NCBI GenBank assembly: GCA_947476185.1
Contig: CANJPX010000010.1
Span: forward strand, 574-64,573
Length of the DNA: 64,000 nucleotides
Direction: 5' to 3'
DNA from: Bacteroidota bacterium
GTDB lineage: Bacteria; Bacteroidota; Bacteroidia; 2-12-FULL-35-15
Shown here: in pieces, positions 40,150-48,961 of the stretch
How the letters are laid out: each line of letters opens with the position of its first letter
Numbering within the stretch: position 1 is the stretch's first letter
Position numbers and translations under genes: made by a program
Notes under the pieces: generated by a model
Seen by the model: only the letters and a program-made list of their open reading frames with translations
The model's database searches: none
What the model was told of the DNA's origin: nothing

Positions 40150-40470
40150 TTGGTTACAATTTCACCAATTGAAAAAATTAAAAAAGGAAAATTATTATTT
40201 GAACAAAACTGTTTGTTGTGTCACGGTGCTTTAGGAAAAGGAGATGGATATGCCGGCATTTATCTAAATCCAAGACCCTTTGACATCAGTTCCGAAAAGG
40301 TACAAATACAAAGTGATTCCACCCTTTTTTTTAAAATCACTCTTGGAAAAGCACCTATGCCAACTTTCAAAGCACTGCCTTTTGAATCAAGATTATATCT
40401 ATTAATGTATGTCAGAGAACTTGGGAAAAATAATAATAAACAGACCGCTAAAAATGATTCGAAGAACTAA
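40150..40470 (+). CDS. class I c-type cytochrome domain (CxxCH); apparently frameshifted from its signal peptide at the poly-C tract
   Basis: ..KLLFEQNCLLCHGALGKGDGYAGIYLNPRPFD.. heme-binding CLLCH. As it stands the ORF starts at a TTG with no export signal. The upstream frame-2 ORF (40049..) encodes MLYRLLFFLLPLGYLFSPPP. Confidence 0.6.
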   Translation: MVTISPIEKIKKGKLLFEQNCLLCHGALGKGDGYAGIYLNPRPFDISSEKVQIQSDSTLFFKITLGKAPMPTFKALPFESRLYLLMYVRELGKNNNKQTAKNDSKN

Positions 40471-41674
40471 CTACTGCATATGGATAATTATTTTTTCTTT
40501 TTTAATAGTTGAAAAAGGAGAAGCAATAAATAATGACACCATTTCAAAAAAAGAAAACTTTAAATTCTCCCGAATTGTATTTTCCGGAAACGGTTATTGT
40601 GGAGTCGATGTACATTTAAATAAGTCTCTAAAAGACAGTACGGGAATGGAATCTACATCCCTTCCAATTGGTTTGGCTCCAATCATATTATGGAAGCTCA
40701 CACCTCAGTTATTTATTGAAAGTGAATTCGATTTTATGATGGATCATGGAATGTTAAGTGGAGAAATTGGATATGCAAATTTATGCTACTCCACGAATAA
40801 ATTGGGCACGATACAAATAGGAAAATTTCTTAGTCCGTTCGGAATTTATTCAGAACGCTATCACCCATTTTGGATAAATAATGCTCCAAATACACCGTTG
40901 GGATTCGCACATGAAGGATCTTCACCTGAATCAGAGTTAGGTGTTTGTTATAAAGTAGGTTCCAAACATTTTACATATGCTATGTATGCATCTTTGAGTC
41001 CAAAAATAGATGGAGGGAGTGAAAATGTAAAAAATGCAGGTAAAATTATTTTCCACATTGATCTGAGAGAAAAGTTCAATAAAAAAATTGGTTTGGGCGC
41101 TCGAGTAGGAATTTTGCCATTTAAAAACCCTTCTATAGAACTGGGACTTTCCTATAAATGGATGCAATTGGAAGTTGGCGAACATTACGATGGAACAGCG
41201 GTCACACACACGCATCCATCTGGCGAGCAATCAAAATATTACATTGGGAATATGTATGCTGTTGATCTTACGATTGAAAAAATCCTTGCCCGATTGAAAG
41301 GTAAGATTGATATAAAAGCACAAGTAAATTACACAGATGTTGGAACTAATAATTTTATAAAAACTAGTCCAAGTGGAATTACTGAAATTGATTATTCTTA
41401 TTCAAATAAGAGTGAAATTGGATTTGCAATGCTATCCTTTAAACCAATATTAGTTGACAATTACATCCTAAAAAGATCAGGAATATTTGTACGTGGAGGG
41501 ACCTTACAATTGCCTATTGGTTCTTTATGGTACGAGACAACCTATGAAATCACAGCTGGATTAAATTATTCATTTAATTGGCAAAATATCCTGAAAATAG
41601 GATACCAGCAGATTTCAACTGCAAAAAAAGGTTATACAAATAATATATTGTTACAATGGGCTGTAGGTTTTTAA
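40454..41674 (+). CDS. hypothetical outer-membrane beta-barrel protein
   Basis: About 406 aa from MIRRTNYCIWIIIFSFLIV. Amphipathic beta-strand pattern. C-terminal ..LLQWAVGF ends in Phe (OM barrel signature). Confidence 0.45.
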   Translation: MIRRTNYCIWIIIFSFLIVEKGEAINNDTISKKENFKFSRIVFSGNGYCGVDVHLNKSLKDSTGMESTSLPIGLAPIILWKLTPQLFIESEFDFMMDHGMLSGEIGYANLCYSTNKLGTIQIGKFLSPFGIYSERYHPFWINNAPNTPLGFAHEGSSPESELGVCYKVGSKHFTYAMYASLSPKIDGGSENVKNAGKIIFHIDLREKFNKKIGLGARVGILPFKNPSIELGLSYKWMQLEVGEHYDGTAVTHTHPSGEQSKYYIGNMYAVDLTIEKILARLKGKIDIKAQVNYTDVGTNNFIKTSPSGITEIDYSYSNKSEIGFAMLSFKPILVDNYILKRSGIFVRGGTLQLPIGSLWYETTYEITAGLNYSFNWQNILKIGYQQISTAKKGYTNNILLQWAVGF

Positions 41675-41688
41675 ATAGAAAATTCGTA

Positions 41689-41940
41689 ATGCTAACAATT
41701 TGCTTTGCGCTTGCATTTATTATTCATAGTTGCAAAACAAAAAATGAGCTAATAATAGAAAAAAGCGGAGCTCAACTTTGGGGAGAAAATTGTGGCCGCT
41801 GTCATAACACACCTGACCCAACAACATATACAGATGAAAAATGGGAAACTGTTGCCATGCATATGAAAGTCAGGGCAAATATATCTTCCAAAGAAATCGT
41901 TTTGATCAAGGAATTTTTGAAATCAGCAAATGGCGATTAA
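41689..41940 (+). CDS. small lipoprotein with a single CxxCH heme-binding motif
   Basis: 83 aa from MLTICFALAFIIHSC (lipobox). ..LWGENCGRCHNTPDP.. Ends 11 nt before the TonB-dependent receptor gene. Confidence 0.55.
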   Translation: MLTICFALAFIIHSCKTKNELIIEKSGAQLWGENCGRCHNTPDPTTYTDEKWETVAMHMKVRANISSKEIVLIKEFLKSANGD

Positions 41941-41950
41941 AAATTAAATA

Positions 41951-44185
41951 ATGAAAAAACTATATTATAAATATATCATCCTTCTTGGAATCCTGTTCAT
42001 TACTATTCTGAGCACAAATGCTCAAAATATTGCAGGAACTGTATTTGGAATAAATGATAAAGGGTTAAATGAAATTCTTCCAGGTGCAAATGTATATTGG
42101 AAAGGAACATCCATTGGCACTTCAACAGATATTAATGGCAAATTTCAAGTTCCAAACCCTGAAGCGGTTCCCTCCAAATTAATTATCAGCATGATTGGTT
42201 TTATGAGCGACACAATGACAATTGAAAAACCAGATCAATTGAATATAAAAGTTGTATTAAAAAGCAGCATCACATTAAAAACTGTCAATATTGAAGCGAA
42301 ACAAAATTCCACAATGTATTCAACTTTTAACCCAATCAATTCTGAAGTAATTAGTGGAAAGGAATTACTTAAAGCTGCCTGCTGCAACCTTTCGGAAAGT
42401 TTCAGCACGAATGCCTCTGTTGATGTCGCATTTACCGATGCAGTCTCTGGAGCAAAAAAAATTCAAATGCTTGGACTTGATGGTGTGTATACACAAGTGT
42501 TATCTGAGAATATGCCGATGTTAAGAGGATTGTCAGCGGCTTACGGTTTAAATTATATTCCAGGCACATGGATTGACAACATCTTAGTTACCAAAGGAAC
42601 AGGATCTGTAGTGAATGGATATGAAAGTATATCAGGACAAATCAATCTTGAGTTTTTAAAACCACAAAATCAAAAAAAACGTTTGTTTATTAATTTGTAT
42701 GCAAATGAAAAAGGGCGGGATGAAATAAATGTCCATTTGGCAAAAAAATTTAATACAAAATGGACAACACTTCTATTTACCCATTTGAGTGATATGAGCA
42801 TGAAGAATGATGCTAATAAAGATGGATTTTTAGATATGCCCTTAACTCGTCAATACAATATTTTTAACCGATGGGATTATCATAATCAGAAAAATTTCGA
42901 ACAGCAGTTTGGAATAAAAGCACTTTATGAAATGCGTCAAGGAGGACAAACAAATTTCAATTACAACAGAGATCATGATAGCACAAGTGCTTATGGTATA
43001 GGTATCAATACTACTGCTTTAGAATATTTTTCAAAAACAGGATTCATGTTTCCATCAAGACCTTTAAAGAGCGTTGGTATTCAAACTTCAGGAAAATGGC
43101 AACAACAAGAAATGTATTTTGGTATAAGAAAATACAATGGAGAACAAAAGAATTTTTATACAAATATCATTTATGCAAACTTCATCAACAATACAGATCA
43201 CAAATATAAATTGGGTGCAAGCTATATGTTAGATGATTATTCAGAAAAGTACAACGACTCATCTTTTACCAGAACAGAAAGTGTTCCCGGAGTATTTGCC
43301 GAATATACTTATACACACCCTGATAATTTTTCTATCGTTATCGGCGGCCGCGCAGATTACCATAACATGTATGGAATACAATATACACCACGTTTGCATT
43401 TACGTTTCAATGCAACAAAAACAACTACTTTTAGGCTATCAGGAGGCAGAGGCTTCAGAACATCAAACATTTTTGTGGAAAACCAATCTGTATTCGCAAG
43501 TTCAAGAAAGGTCGTAATCGCAGAAAAGCTTAAGCCTGAAATTGCTTGGAACTATGGCGTTTCGGCTAATCAAAAATTTACTTTATTCGATAATGAAGCT
43601 TCTGTAAATGTTGATTTTTTCAGAACCGATTTTCAGAATCAAGTAATCGTTGATATTGATCAAAGCGTAAACAAAGTGGTGTTTTATAATTTAAATGGAA
43701 GATCTTATTCCAATAGTTTGCAAATTGATTGTGGTTATTCTCCCATAAAAATGTTTGACATAAAGGTTGCCTATAAATGGTACGATGTTAAAACAACATA
43801 TAATTATGAATTACTCGACAAGCCCTATATTCCAAAGCATCGCGTGATGTTCAATATGGCATATTCAACATATATGGATATTTGGAAATTTGATTTTACA
43901 ACAAATTGGCTAGGAGAAAGCAGATTGCCAAGTACAGAATTATCTCCTATTGAATATAAATTACCAAAACATTCAAACCCTTACTTTTTACTAAATGCGC
44001 AGATTACAAAAAAATTTAAAACATTTGAACTTTACTTGGGTTGCGAAAACATTTTGAATTACACGCAGAGAAATCCAATCATTGCCTCAGAAAACCCATT
44101 TGGCAGCAACTTCGATGCTTCAATGATCTATGCACCTATTGAAGGTCGAAATATTTATGGGGGATTCAGAATGAGTATCAAATAA
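41951..44185 (+). CDS. TonB-dependent outer-membrane receptor with N-terminal carboxypeptidase-regulatory-like domain
   Basis: 744 aa. Signal peptide, CarbopepD_reg-like start (..NIAGTVFGINDKGLNEILPGANVYW..), plug, 22-strand barrel length. Contains a CC pair (..LLKAACCNLSESF..). Confidence 0.85.
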   Translation: MKKLYYKYIILLGILFITILSTNAQNIAGTVFGINDKGLNEILPGANVYWKGTSIGTSTDINGKFQVPNPEAVPSKLIISMIGFMSDTMTIEKPDQLNIKVVLKSSITLKTVNIEAKQNSTMYSTFNPINSEVISGKELLKAACCNLSESFSTNASVDVAFTDAVSGAKKIQMLGLDGVYTQVLSENMPMLRGLSAAYGLNYIPGTWIDNILVTKGTGSVVNGYESISGQINLEFLKPQNQKKRLFINLYANEKGRDEINVHLAKKFNTKWTTLLFTHLSDMSMKNDANKDGFLDMPLTRQYNIFNRWDYHNQKNFEQQFGIKALYEMRQGGQTNFNYNRDHDSTSAYGIGINTTALEYFSKTGFMFPSRPLKSVGIQTSGKWQQQEMYFGIRKYNGEQKNFYTNIIYANFINNTDHKYKLGASYMLDDYSEKYNDSSFTRTESVPGVFAEYTYTHPDNFSIVIGGRADYHNMYGIQYTPRLHLRFNATKTTTFRLSGGRGFRTSNIFVENQSVFASSRKVVIAEKLKPEIAWNYGVSANQKFTLFDNEASVNVDFFRTDFQNQVIVDIDQSVNKVVFYNLNGRSYSNSLQIDCGYSPIKMFDIKVAYKWYDVKTTYNYELLDKPYIPKHRVMFNMAYSTYMDIWKFDFTTNWLGESRLPSTELSPIEYKLPKHSNPYFLLNAQITKKFKTFELYLGCENILNYTQRNPIIASENPFGSNFDASMIYAPIEGRNIYGGFRMSIK

Positions 44186-44220
44186 TAATAAACACAATTA
44201 AAAATCAAAAACTAAAAAAA

Positions 44221-44580
44221 ATGAAAAGAAAACTATTTACGGGAATCATAGCCGTGCTTTTGCTATTTTCTTCAAACGTAAAAGCACAAGATTTAAAAAG
44301 TGCGGAAATAAAAATTAAGACTTCTGCAACTTGCGACATGTGCAAAAAAACAATAGAAAGTGCTCTCGCATTCGAAAAAGGCGTAAAAAAATCAACGTTG
44401 GATGTACCTACAAAAATAGTTACAGTTGTATACAACCCAAAGAAAACAACGCCAGAAAAAATTCGACTGGCAATTTCCAATGCAGGATATGAAGCTGACA
44501 GCTTAAAAGCTAATCCTAAAGCATGGAGCAACTTAGAGGATTGTTGCAAAAAAGGCACCACTTGTGAAGAAAAAAAATAA
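44221..44580 (+). CDS. periplasmic heavy-metal-associated (HMA) domain protein (copper-chaperone-like)
   Basis: 119 aa. Signal peptide. HMA fold with metal-binding ..TSATCDMCKKTIESAL.. (CxxC). C-terminal ..EDCCKKGTTCEEKK Cys cluster. Confidence 0.75.
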   Translation: MKRKLFTGIIAVLLLFSSNVKAQDLKSAEIKIKTSATCDMCKKTIESALAFEKGVKKSTLDVPTKIVTVVYNPKKTTPEKIRLAISNAGYEADSLKANPKAWSNLEDCCKKGTTCEEKK

Positions 44581-44785
44581 TTGTTGAAGTTCTCTATTTT
44601 CAATAACGATTGAATACTAATAATTGTAGCATTTTAGAGCAATTTTAAAAATAATTTTAGTAAATTTGATTCAATGAATACGTGGATATTCAAATAAATG
44701 GGATTAAGAATAACAAAACCCTAACAAAATATCAAAATCACTAGAAACTCTTTTAAAATAAAATAATCGCAAATAAATAAAACCA

Positions 44786-45559
44786 ATGAAAAAAATAATA
44801 CTAATCACTCTTGCCGGCATTATCTCTAGTTTTGGCTTTGCACAAACGACAGCAACAGACTTCACAGTAAATGATTGTTCCGGAACTTCACATCATCTTT
44901 TCGCTGAATTGGATGCAGGTAAAGTTATTGTAATTGCTTTTGTAATGCCATGCACTTCTTGTATCGCACCATCTGTTTCTGCTTATTCGGAAGTACAAAA
45001 CTATGCAAGCACTTATCCTGGACGTGTTTTATTTTATTTATCCGATGACCTGGGAACTGCTACCTGTTCATCAATAACAAACTGGGGAACAACAAATGGA
45101 ATAACCGGAGTTCCAGTGTTTTGCAATACCGCTGTCAAACAAGCAGATTATGGTGCAGCAGCAATGCCTAAAATTGTAGTTTTAGGTGGTCCTACTCATA
45201 CTGTTCTTTTTTCGCAAGACAATGGATTGAATGTAACAAATTTCAATGCTGCTATTAATTTAGGATTAGTTGCAGGCATCTTTGAAAATTCAAAATCCGA
45301 CTTCGAATTGTCAGTTTTCCCTAATCCTTCAAAGACAGATAAAACCACTATAAACTACACTCTGAAAGAAGGTTCTGATGTCACCGTTGACATTTATAAT
45401 ACAATTGGTGAAAAAGTTAAGACCATCGCGCTTGAAAAGCAAGCTGCAGGAAAACACGAATCAATATTAGATTTTGAATCATTGACCAATGGAATTTATT
45501 TCATAAAGTTGAATGCGGGAGAATCATCTCAAGTACTCAAATTCAGTGTTTCACATTAA
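44786..45559 (+). CDS. thioredoxin-fold (TlpA/redoxin-like, CxxC) protein with T9SS type A C-terminal sorting domain
   Basis: 257 aa. Signal peptide. ..GKVIVIAFVMPCTSCIAPS.. redoxin-type active site. C-terminal ..LSVFPNPSKTDKTTINYTL..GIYFIKLNAG.. T9SS C-terminal domain. Confidence 0.65.
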   Translation: MKKIILITLAGIISSFGFAQTTATDFTVNDCSGTSHHLFAELDAGKVIVIAFVMPCTSCIAPSVSAYSEVQNYASTYPGRVLFYLSDDLGTATCSSITNWGTTNGITGVPVFCNTAVKQADYGAAAMPKIVVLGGPTHTVLFSQDNGLNVTNFNAAINLGLVAGIFENSKSDFELSVFPNPSKTDKTTINYTLKEGSDVTVDIYNTIGEKVKTIALEKQAAGKHESILDFESLTNGIYFIKLNAGESSQVLKFSVSH

Positions 45560-45584
45560 GATTTTATTTTGATTGTTATTTTAC

Positions 45585-45626
45585 AACCTGATATTATCTT
45601 TTAATAATATCAGGTTGTTTTTTTTA
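45585..45626 (+). terminator. rho-independent terminator after the first thioredoxin-T9SS gene
   Basis: Perfect hairpin AACCTGATATTAT-CTTTTA-ATAATATCAGGTT followed by GTTTTTTTTAATT. Confidence 0.7.
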
Positions 45627-45646
45627 ATTATTAAATTTTAAATTCT

Positions 45647-46756
45647 ATGCGTTCTCTTATTTTTATTGCAACGACAATTCTATTCGCAAATAATATTTAT
45701 TCGCAAGGATGTTGTTCAGGTGGCAGTGGCAGTCCAATTGCAGGAGGAGCTTCACAGGGAGTCCTTCAAGACAGACAGGTTGAAGTTGCAGCAAATTATC
45801 AATACATCAACACGAATAAATTTAAATCCGGTGACAAAGATACGGCAGCTTTATTCGATGGATTCACAAGTAACTACATGTATCTTCGATTAGCATATGG
45901 CCTGACAAAAAACCTGACCATGTCTGTTGAATCAGGATATTATTTAAATAAAACACAAATCGGATTAAACAGAGTCGATACATTTAGTTCAGCCGGAATT
46001 GGCGACCTGATTTTATTTCCAAGATATGATGTATTAAACAGAACATCAGAAAAAAAACGCACAGAAATCACCTTGGGTATCGGACTAAAAATTCCATTAG
46101 GCATGTATGACGACTCAACTCTTTTTTACACAAACCCATATACAAGAAAACAGCTTTTCAGACCGTCACCTCCTTCAGTACAACCCTCTACAGGAGCGAA
46201 TGATTTTATTTTTTACGGCTTCTTTTACAGAGGTTATCCTGAAAAAAAATTCAGAGTATTCATGAATACATTATACGTTCGCAAAGGCTGGAGTCCAATT
46301 GGAGCGAAATTCGGGGATTACGCAAGTGTCGGTTTATTTGCCGGTCAAACCTTCTTTAAAAAATTAGGAGTTACCATACAGGTAAAAGGAGAATGGATCG
46401 GAAAAATGAAAGCCAGCCAAAATGCAGATGATATGATGAATATGTATAATGTGGATATCGTTTCAACAGGCAGCCGAAAAATATTATTTGTGCCTCAGCT
46501 TAGTTATAGCTATAACAGCTTCTCTATTTATGCCTTGACAGAAATTCCGCTTTACCAATATGTCAACAAAGTACAAGTAGCATCGCAAGTTCAGGCAACT
46601 GTGGGGATTTCATATCGATTTAATGCGTATAAAAAAATAGCCGTTAAAAGTGATTCGCAAAGTCTTTATGTTTGTCCGATGGGCTGTGTTGGAAGCGAAA
46701 GCAATGAACCTGGAAAATGCAAAGAATGCGGAATGGAATTAATAAAAAGAAAATAA
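45647..46756 (+). CDS. outer-membrane beta-barrel protein with N-terminal Cys-rich stretch and C-terminal heavy-metal-binding domain (HMBD) extension
   Basis: 369 aa. Signal peptide then QGCCSGGSGSP. Barrel body ending ..VGISYRF. C-terminal tail ..YVCPMGCVGSESNEPGKCKECGMELIKRK is the same YxCPM...CxxCGMxL motif as the 39764 lipoprotein. Confidence 0.55.
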   Translation: MRSLIFIATTILFANNIYSQGCCSGGSGSPIAGGASQGVLQDRQVEVAANYQYINTNKFKSGDKDTAALFDGFTSNYMYLRLAYGLTKNLTMSVESGYYLNKTQIGLNRVDTFSSAGIGDLILFPRYDVLNRTSEKKRTEITLGIGLKIPLGMYDDSTLFYTNPYTRKQLFRPSPPSVQPSTGANDFIFYGFFYRGYPEKKFRVFMNTLYVRKGWSPIGAKFGDYASVGLFAGQTFFKKLGVTIQVKGEWIGKMKASQNADDMMNMYNVDIVSTGSRKILFVPQLSYSYNSFSIYALTEIPLYQYVNKVQVASQVQATVGISYRFNAYKKIAVKSDSQSLYVCPMGCVGSESNEPGKCKECGMELIKRK

Positions 46757-46767
46757 AAAATAATCGA

Positions 46768-47544
46768 ATGAAAAAATTATTGACACTTATTTCTGTATTC
46801 TTATTTGTTTCAGTGTCTTTATACGGGCAAACAGCAATTGACTGGACCAAACTAGATTGTTCAGGAATCAGCCATAATCTTTATACGTATTTAAATAATG
46901 AGGATGTTGTAATTATGGAATTTGCTATGGGTTGTAGCAGTTGTACCAATGCCGGAGCACGACTACTTAGTATAAAAGACAAATATGCAATTTCTAATCC
47001 TGGGAAAGTAAACGTATTCTATATGGATTACTGGCCTGGAAATACCTGTGCAACTGTTGTTTTACCTACAACTACGCCTTATGCCTTTGATGCTGTATTT
47101 GATCATTCACTTGCAGAAAAAGATAATTATTTTGCTAGCTCCTCTCCAATGCCCGGTATTGCAATTGCTGCGGGAAGTTCACATCAGATAATTTATCAGG
47201 TAAATAGTTTTGTTGATGCTGATACTACATTAATTGAACAAGCAATCACTGCATTTTTCGCAACAGCAAACATTAAAGAAAACCTTTTCGAAAATACAAT
47301 AACACTTTCTCCAAATCCCTCCACTGGAGATGTAATAATTAATTTTACAAATACAGAAACAGAAAACATTAATATTTCACTTTTTAATTTAAATGGTCAA
47401 TTGATTAAAGGACTCTTTAATGAGAAAGTATCAGTTGGAGATTTCAAAAAAATAATTGATATCCGATCCTATCCTAAAGGCTTATATTACATTAACATTT
47501 CCAATTCAAAATACTCAATTAACAAAAAGATAGTTGTAAATTAA
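46768..47544 (+). CDS. thioredoxin-fold (CxxC) protein with T9SS type A C-terminal sorting domain, paralogue of 44786..45559
   Basis: Signal peptide MKKLLTLISVFLFVSVSLYGQ. ..DVVIMEFAMGCSSCTNAG.. C-terminal ..TLSPNPSTGDVIINF..GLYYINIS.. T9SS C-terminal domain. Collinear similarity with the 44786 protein (..DCSG.SH.L...L.....V.I..F.M.C.SC..). Confidence 0.65.
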   Translation: MKKLLTLISVFLFVSVSLYGQTAIDWTKLDCSGISHNLYTYLNNEDVVIMEFAMGCSSCTNAGARLLSIKDKYAISNPGKVNVFYMDYWPGNTCATVVLPTTTPYAFDAVFDHSLAEKDNYFASSSPMPGIAIAAGSSHQIIYQVNSFVDADTTLIEQAITAFFATANIKENLFENTITLSPNPSTGDVIINFTNTETENINISLFNLNGQLIKGLFNEKVSVGDFKKIIDIRSYPKGLYYINISNSKYSINKKIVVN

Positions 47545-47580
47545 GTCCCTTATCAGATTTCTTCTGATTATGTTGTACAT

Positions 47581-47970
47581 TTGTTTCATAACGAAATACT
47601 ATTGAAATCATTTATTGCACTATTAATTGCTTTTGCCATTATTTTCCAATCAGCCGGAAAGCTAATTATTATTGTGCATTACTCCTTAAACAAAGAATAC
47701 ATTTCAAAAAACTTATGTGAAAACAGAGCAAAGCCAAAAATGCATTGCAACGGTAAATGTCATTTAAAAAAGGAATTACAAAAAGAAGACAAGAAAGATA
47801 ATTCTCCATCAAATAATTTAAAAGAAAAGTATGAAGTACAATTTTTCGAAAAATTTAAAAAAATAATAAATATCCTGCCTTTCAGCGAAAGAGAAAAAGC
47901 TACAACAACTTATTTGTTTCCATTCTCATCTGAGGACCTGAGCGCCATATTTCACCCACCACAATCATAA
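47581..47970 (+). CDS. hypothetical small membrane-anchored Cys/His-rich protein
   Basis: 129 aa. N-terminal TM segment then ..HYSLNKEYISKNLCENRAKPKMHCNGKCHLKK... Loosely similar layout to the 39217 protein. Confidence 0.3.
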   Translation: MFHNEILLKSFIALLIAFAIIFQSAGKLIIIVHYSLNKEYISKNLCENRAKPKMHCNGKCHLKKELQKEDKKDNSPSNNLKEKYEVQFFEKFKKIINILPFSEREKATTTYLFPFSSEDLSAIFHPPQS

Positions 47971-48165
47971 TTAACGATAAAATTTAATTTTCCGTGTTGC
48001 CTTTTTGCAGATGGCATAAACTATTAACATTTCTGTTGATGGATGTTTTTTTACATGCAATTATTTGGTTACGGGAAAAAGTTCACATTTTTAGAACTAC
48101 TTTTTAGAAAAACAAATCAATTATCGATTTGTTATATTTTTATTTATCTAATAATTATAAATATT

Positions 48166-48954
48166 ATGAAACCACATAAAATATTTTTCGCATTTTTTTT
48201 ATCAGTTACACTTCTTGCTTCATCTTGTAAAAAAGACAAAGATGAAGAAACGCCAACACCTTCAGTTCCCGCTGCCACATCTGGAAGCCTGGCACTTCAT
48301 TTTGAAAATATGGTGGGAGATAGTGCCTTGGTAATGAATACCGAATCATATGTAACTGCAAACAATGATACAATTACTGTTTCTGCATTTAAATATTATA
48401 TCAGCAACATTGTATTAACTAAAAGCGGTGGAGGAACATATGTTGAAAATGAGAGTTACCATTTAATTGATGCTTCTGACTTATTAACCGGTGAATTTAC
48501 TCTTCCAAATGTTCCTTTCGGGGATTACACAGGAATTACATTTATGATCGGTGTTGACAGTACACGGAATGTTTCAGGTGCACAAACCGGAGCATTAGAT
48601 CCTGTAAATGGAATGTACATGGGAATGGGTGCAGGTTATATCCAAGCAACCTTGGAAGGATTATCTCCACAGTCAACATCTGGAGGGCACATGTTCATGT
48701 ACCAAGTTGCTGGATTCCAAGGAATATACAACCCTCTTAAAACTATTTCTCCAACTTTTTCAGGTGGTATCGCCACTGTCACATCAAGTGTTATTCCAGA
48801 AATTCACTTCAAAACGAATTTATTAGAATGGTTCACAACGCCTAACAACATTAGCATTTCCGCTGTGAGTATGGTAATGTCTGTTAACTCAACAAGTCTA
48901 AATTTCGCTGACAACTATGCAGACATGATAAGCGTTGAACACATACACAATTAA
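48166..48954 (+). CDS. lipoprotein, possibly MbnP-like (copper-associated periplasmic protein family)
   Basis: From MKPHKIFFAFFLSVTLLASSC (lipobox). ..FKYYISNIVLTKSGGGTYVENESYHLIDAS.. and C-terminal ..NFADNYADMISVEHIHN resemble what I recall of Bacteroidota MbnP-family proteins. Tentative. Confidence 0.4.
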   Translation: MKPHKIFFAFFLSVTLLASSCKKDKDEETPTPSVPAATSGSLALHFENMVGDSALVMNTESYVTANNDTITVSAFKYYISNIVLTKSGGGTYVENESYHLIDASDLLTGEFTLPNVPFGDYTGITFMIGVDSTRNVSGAQTGALDPVNGMYMGMGAGYIQATLEGLSPQSTSGGHMFMYQVAGFQGIYNPLKTISPTFSGGIATVTSSVIPEIHFKTNLLEWFTTPNNISISAVSMVMSVNSTSLNFADNYADMISVEHIHN

Positions 48955-48961
48955 TAAATAT

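Noticed and set aside
40409-40453. N-terminal extension of the barrel ORF (MSENLGKIIINRPLK) overlapping the cytochrome c gene
   Set aside because: The internal Met at 40454 is followed by a typical hydrophobic signal peptide. The extension overlaps the upstream gene by 60 nt.
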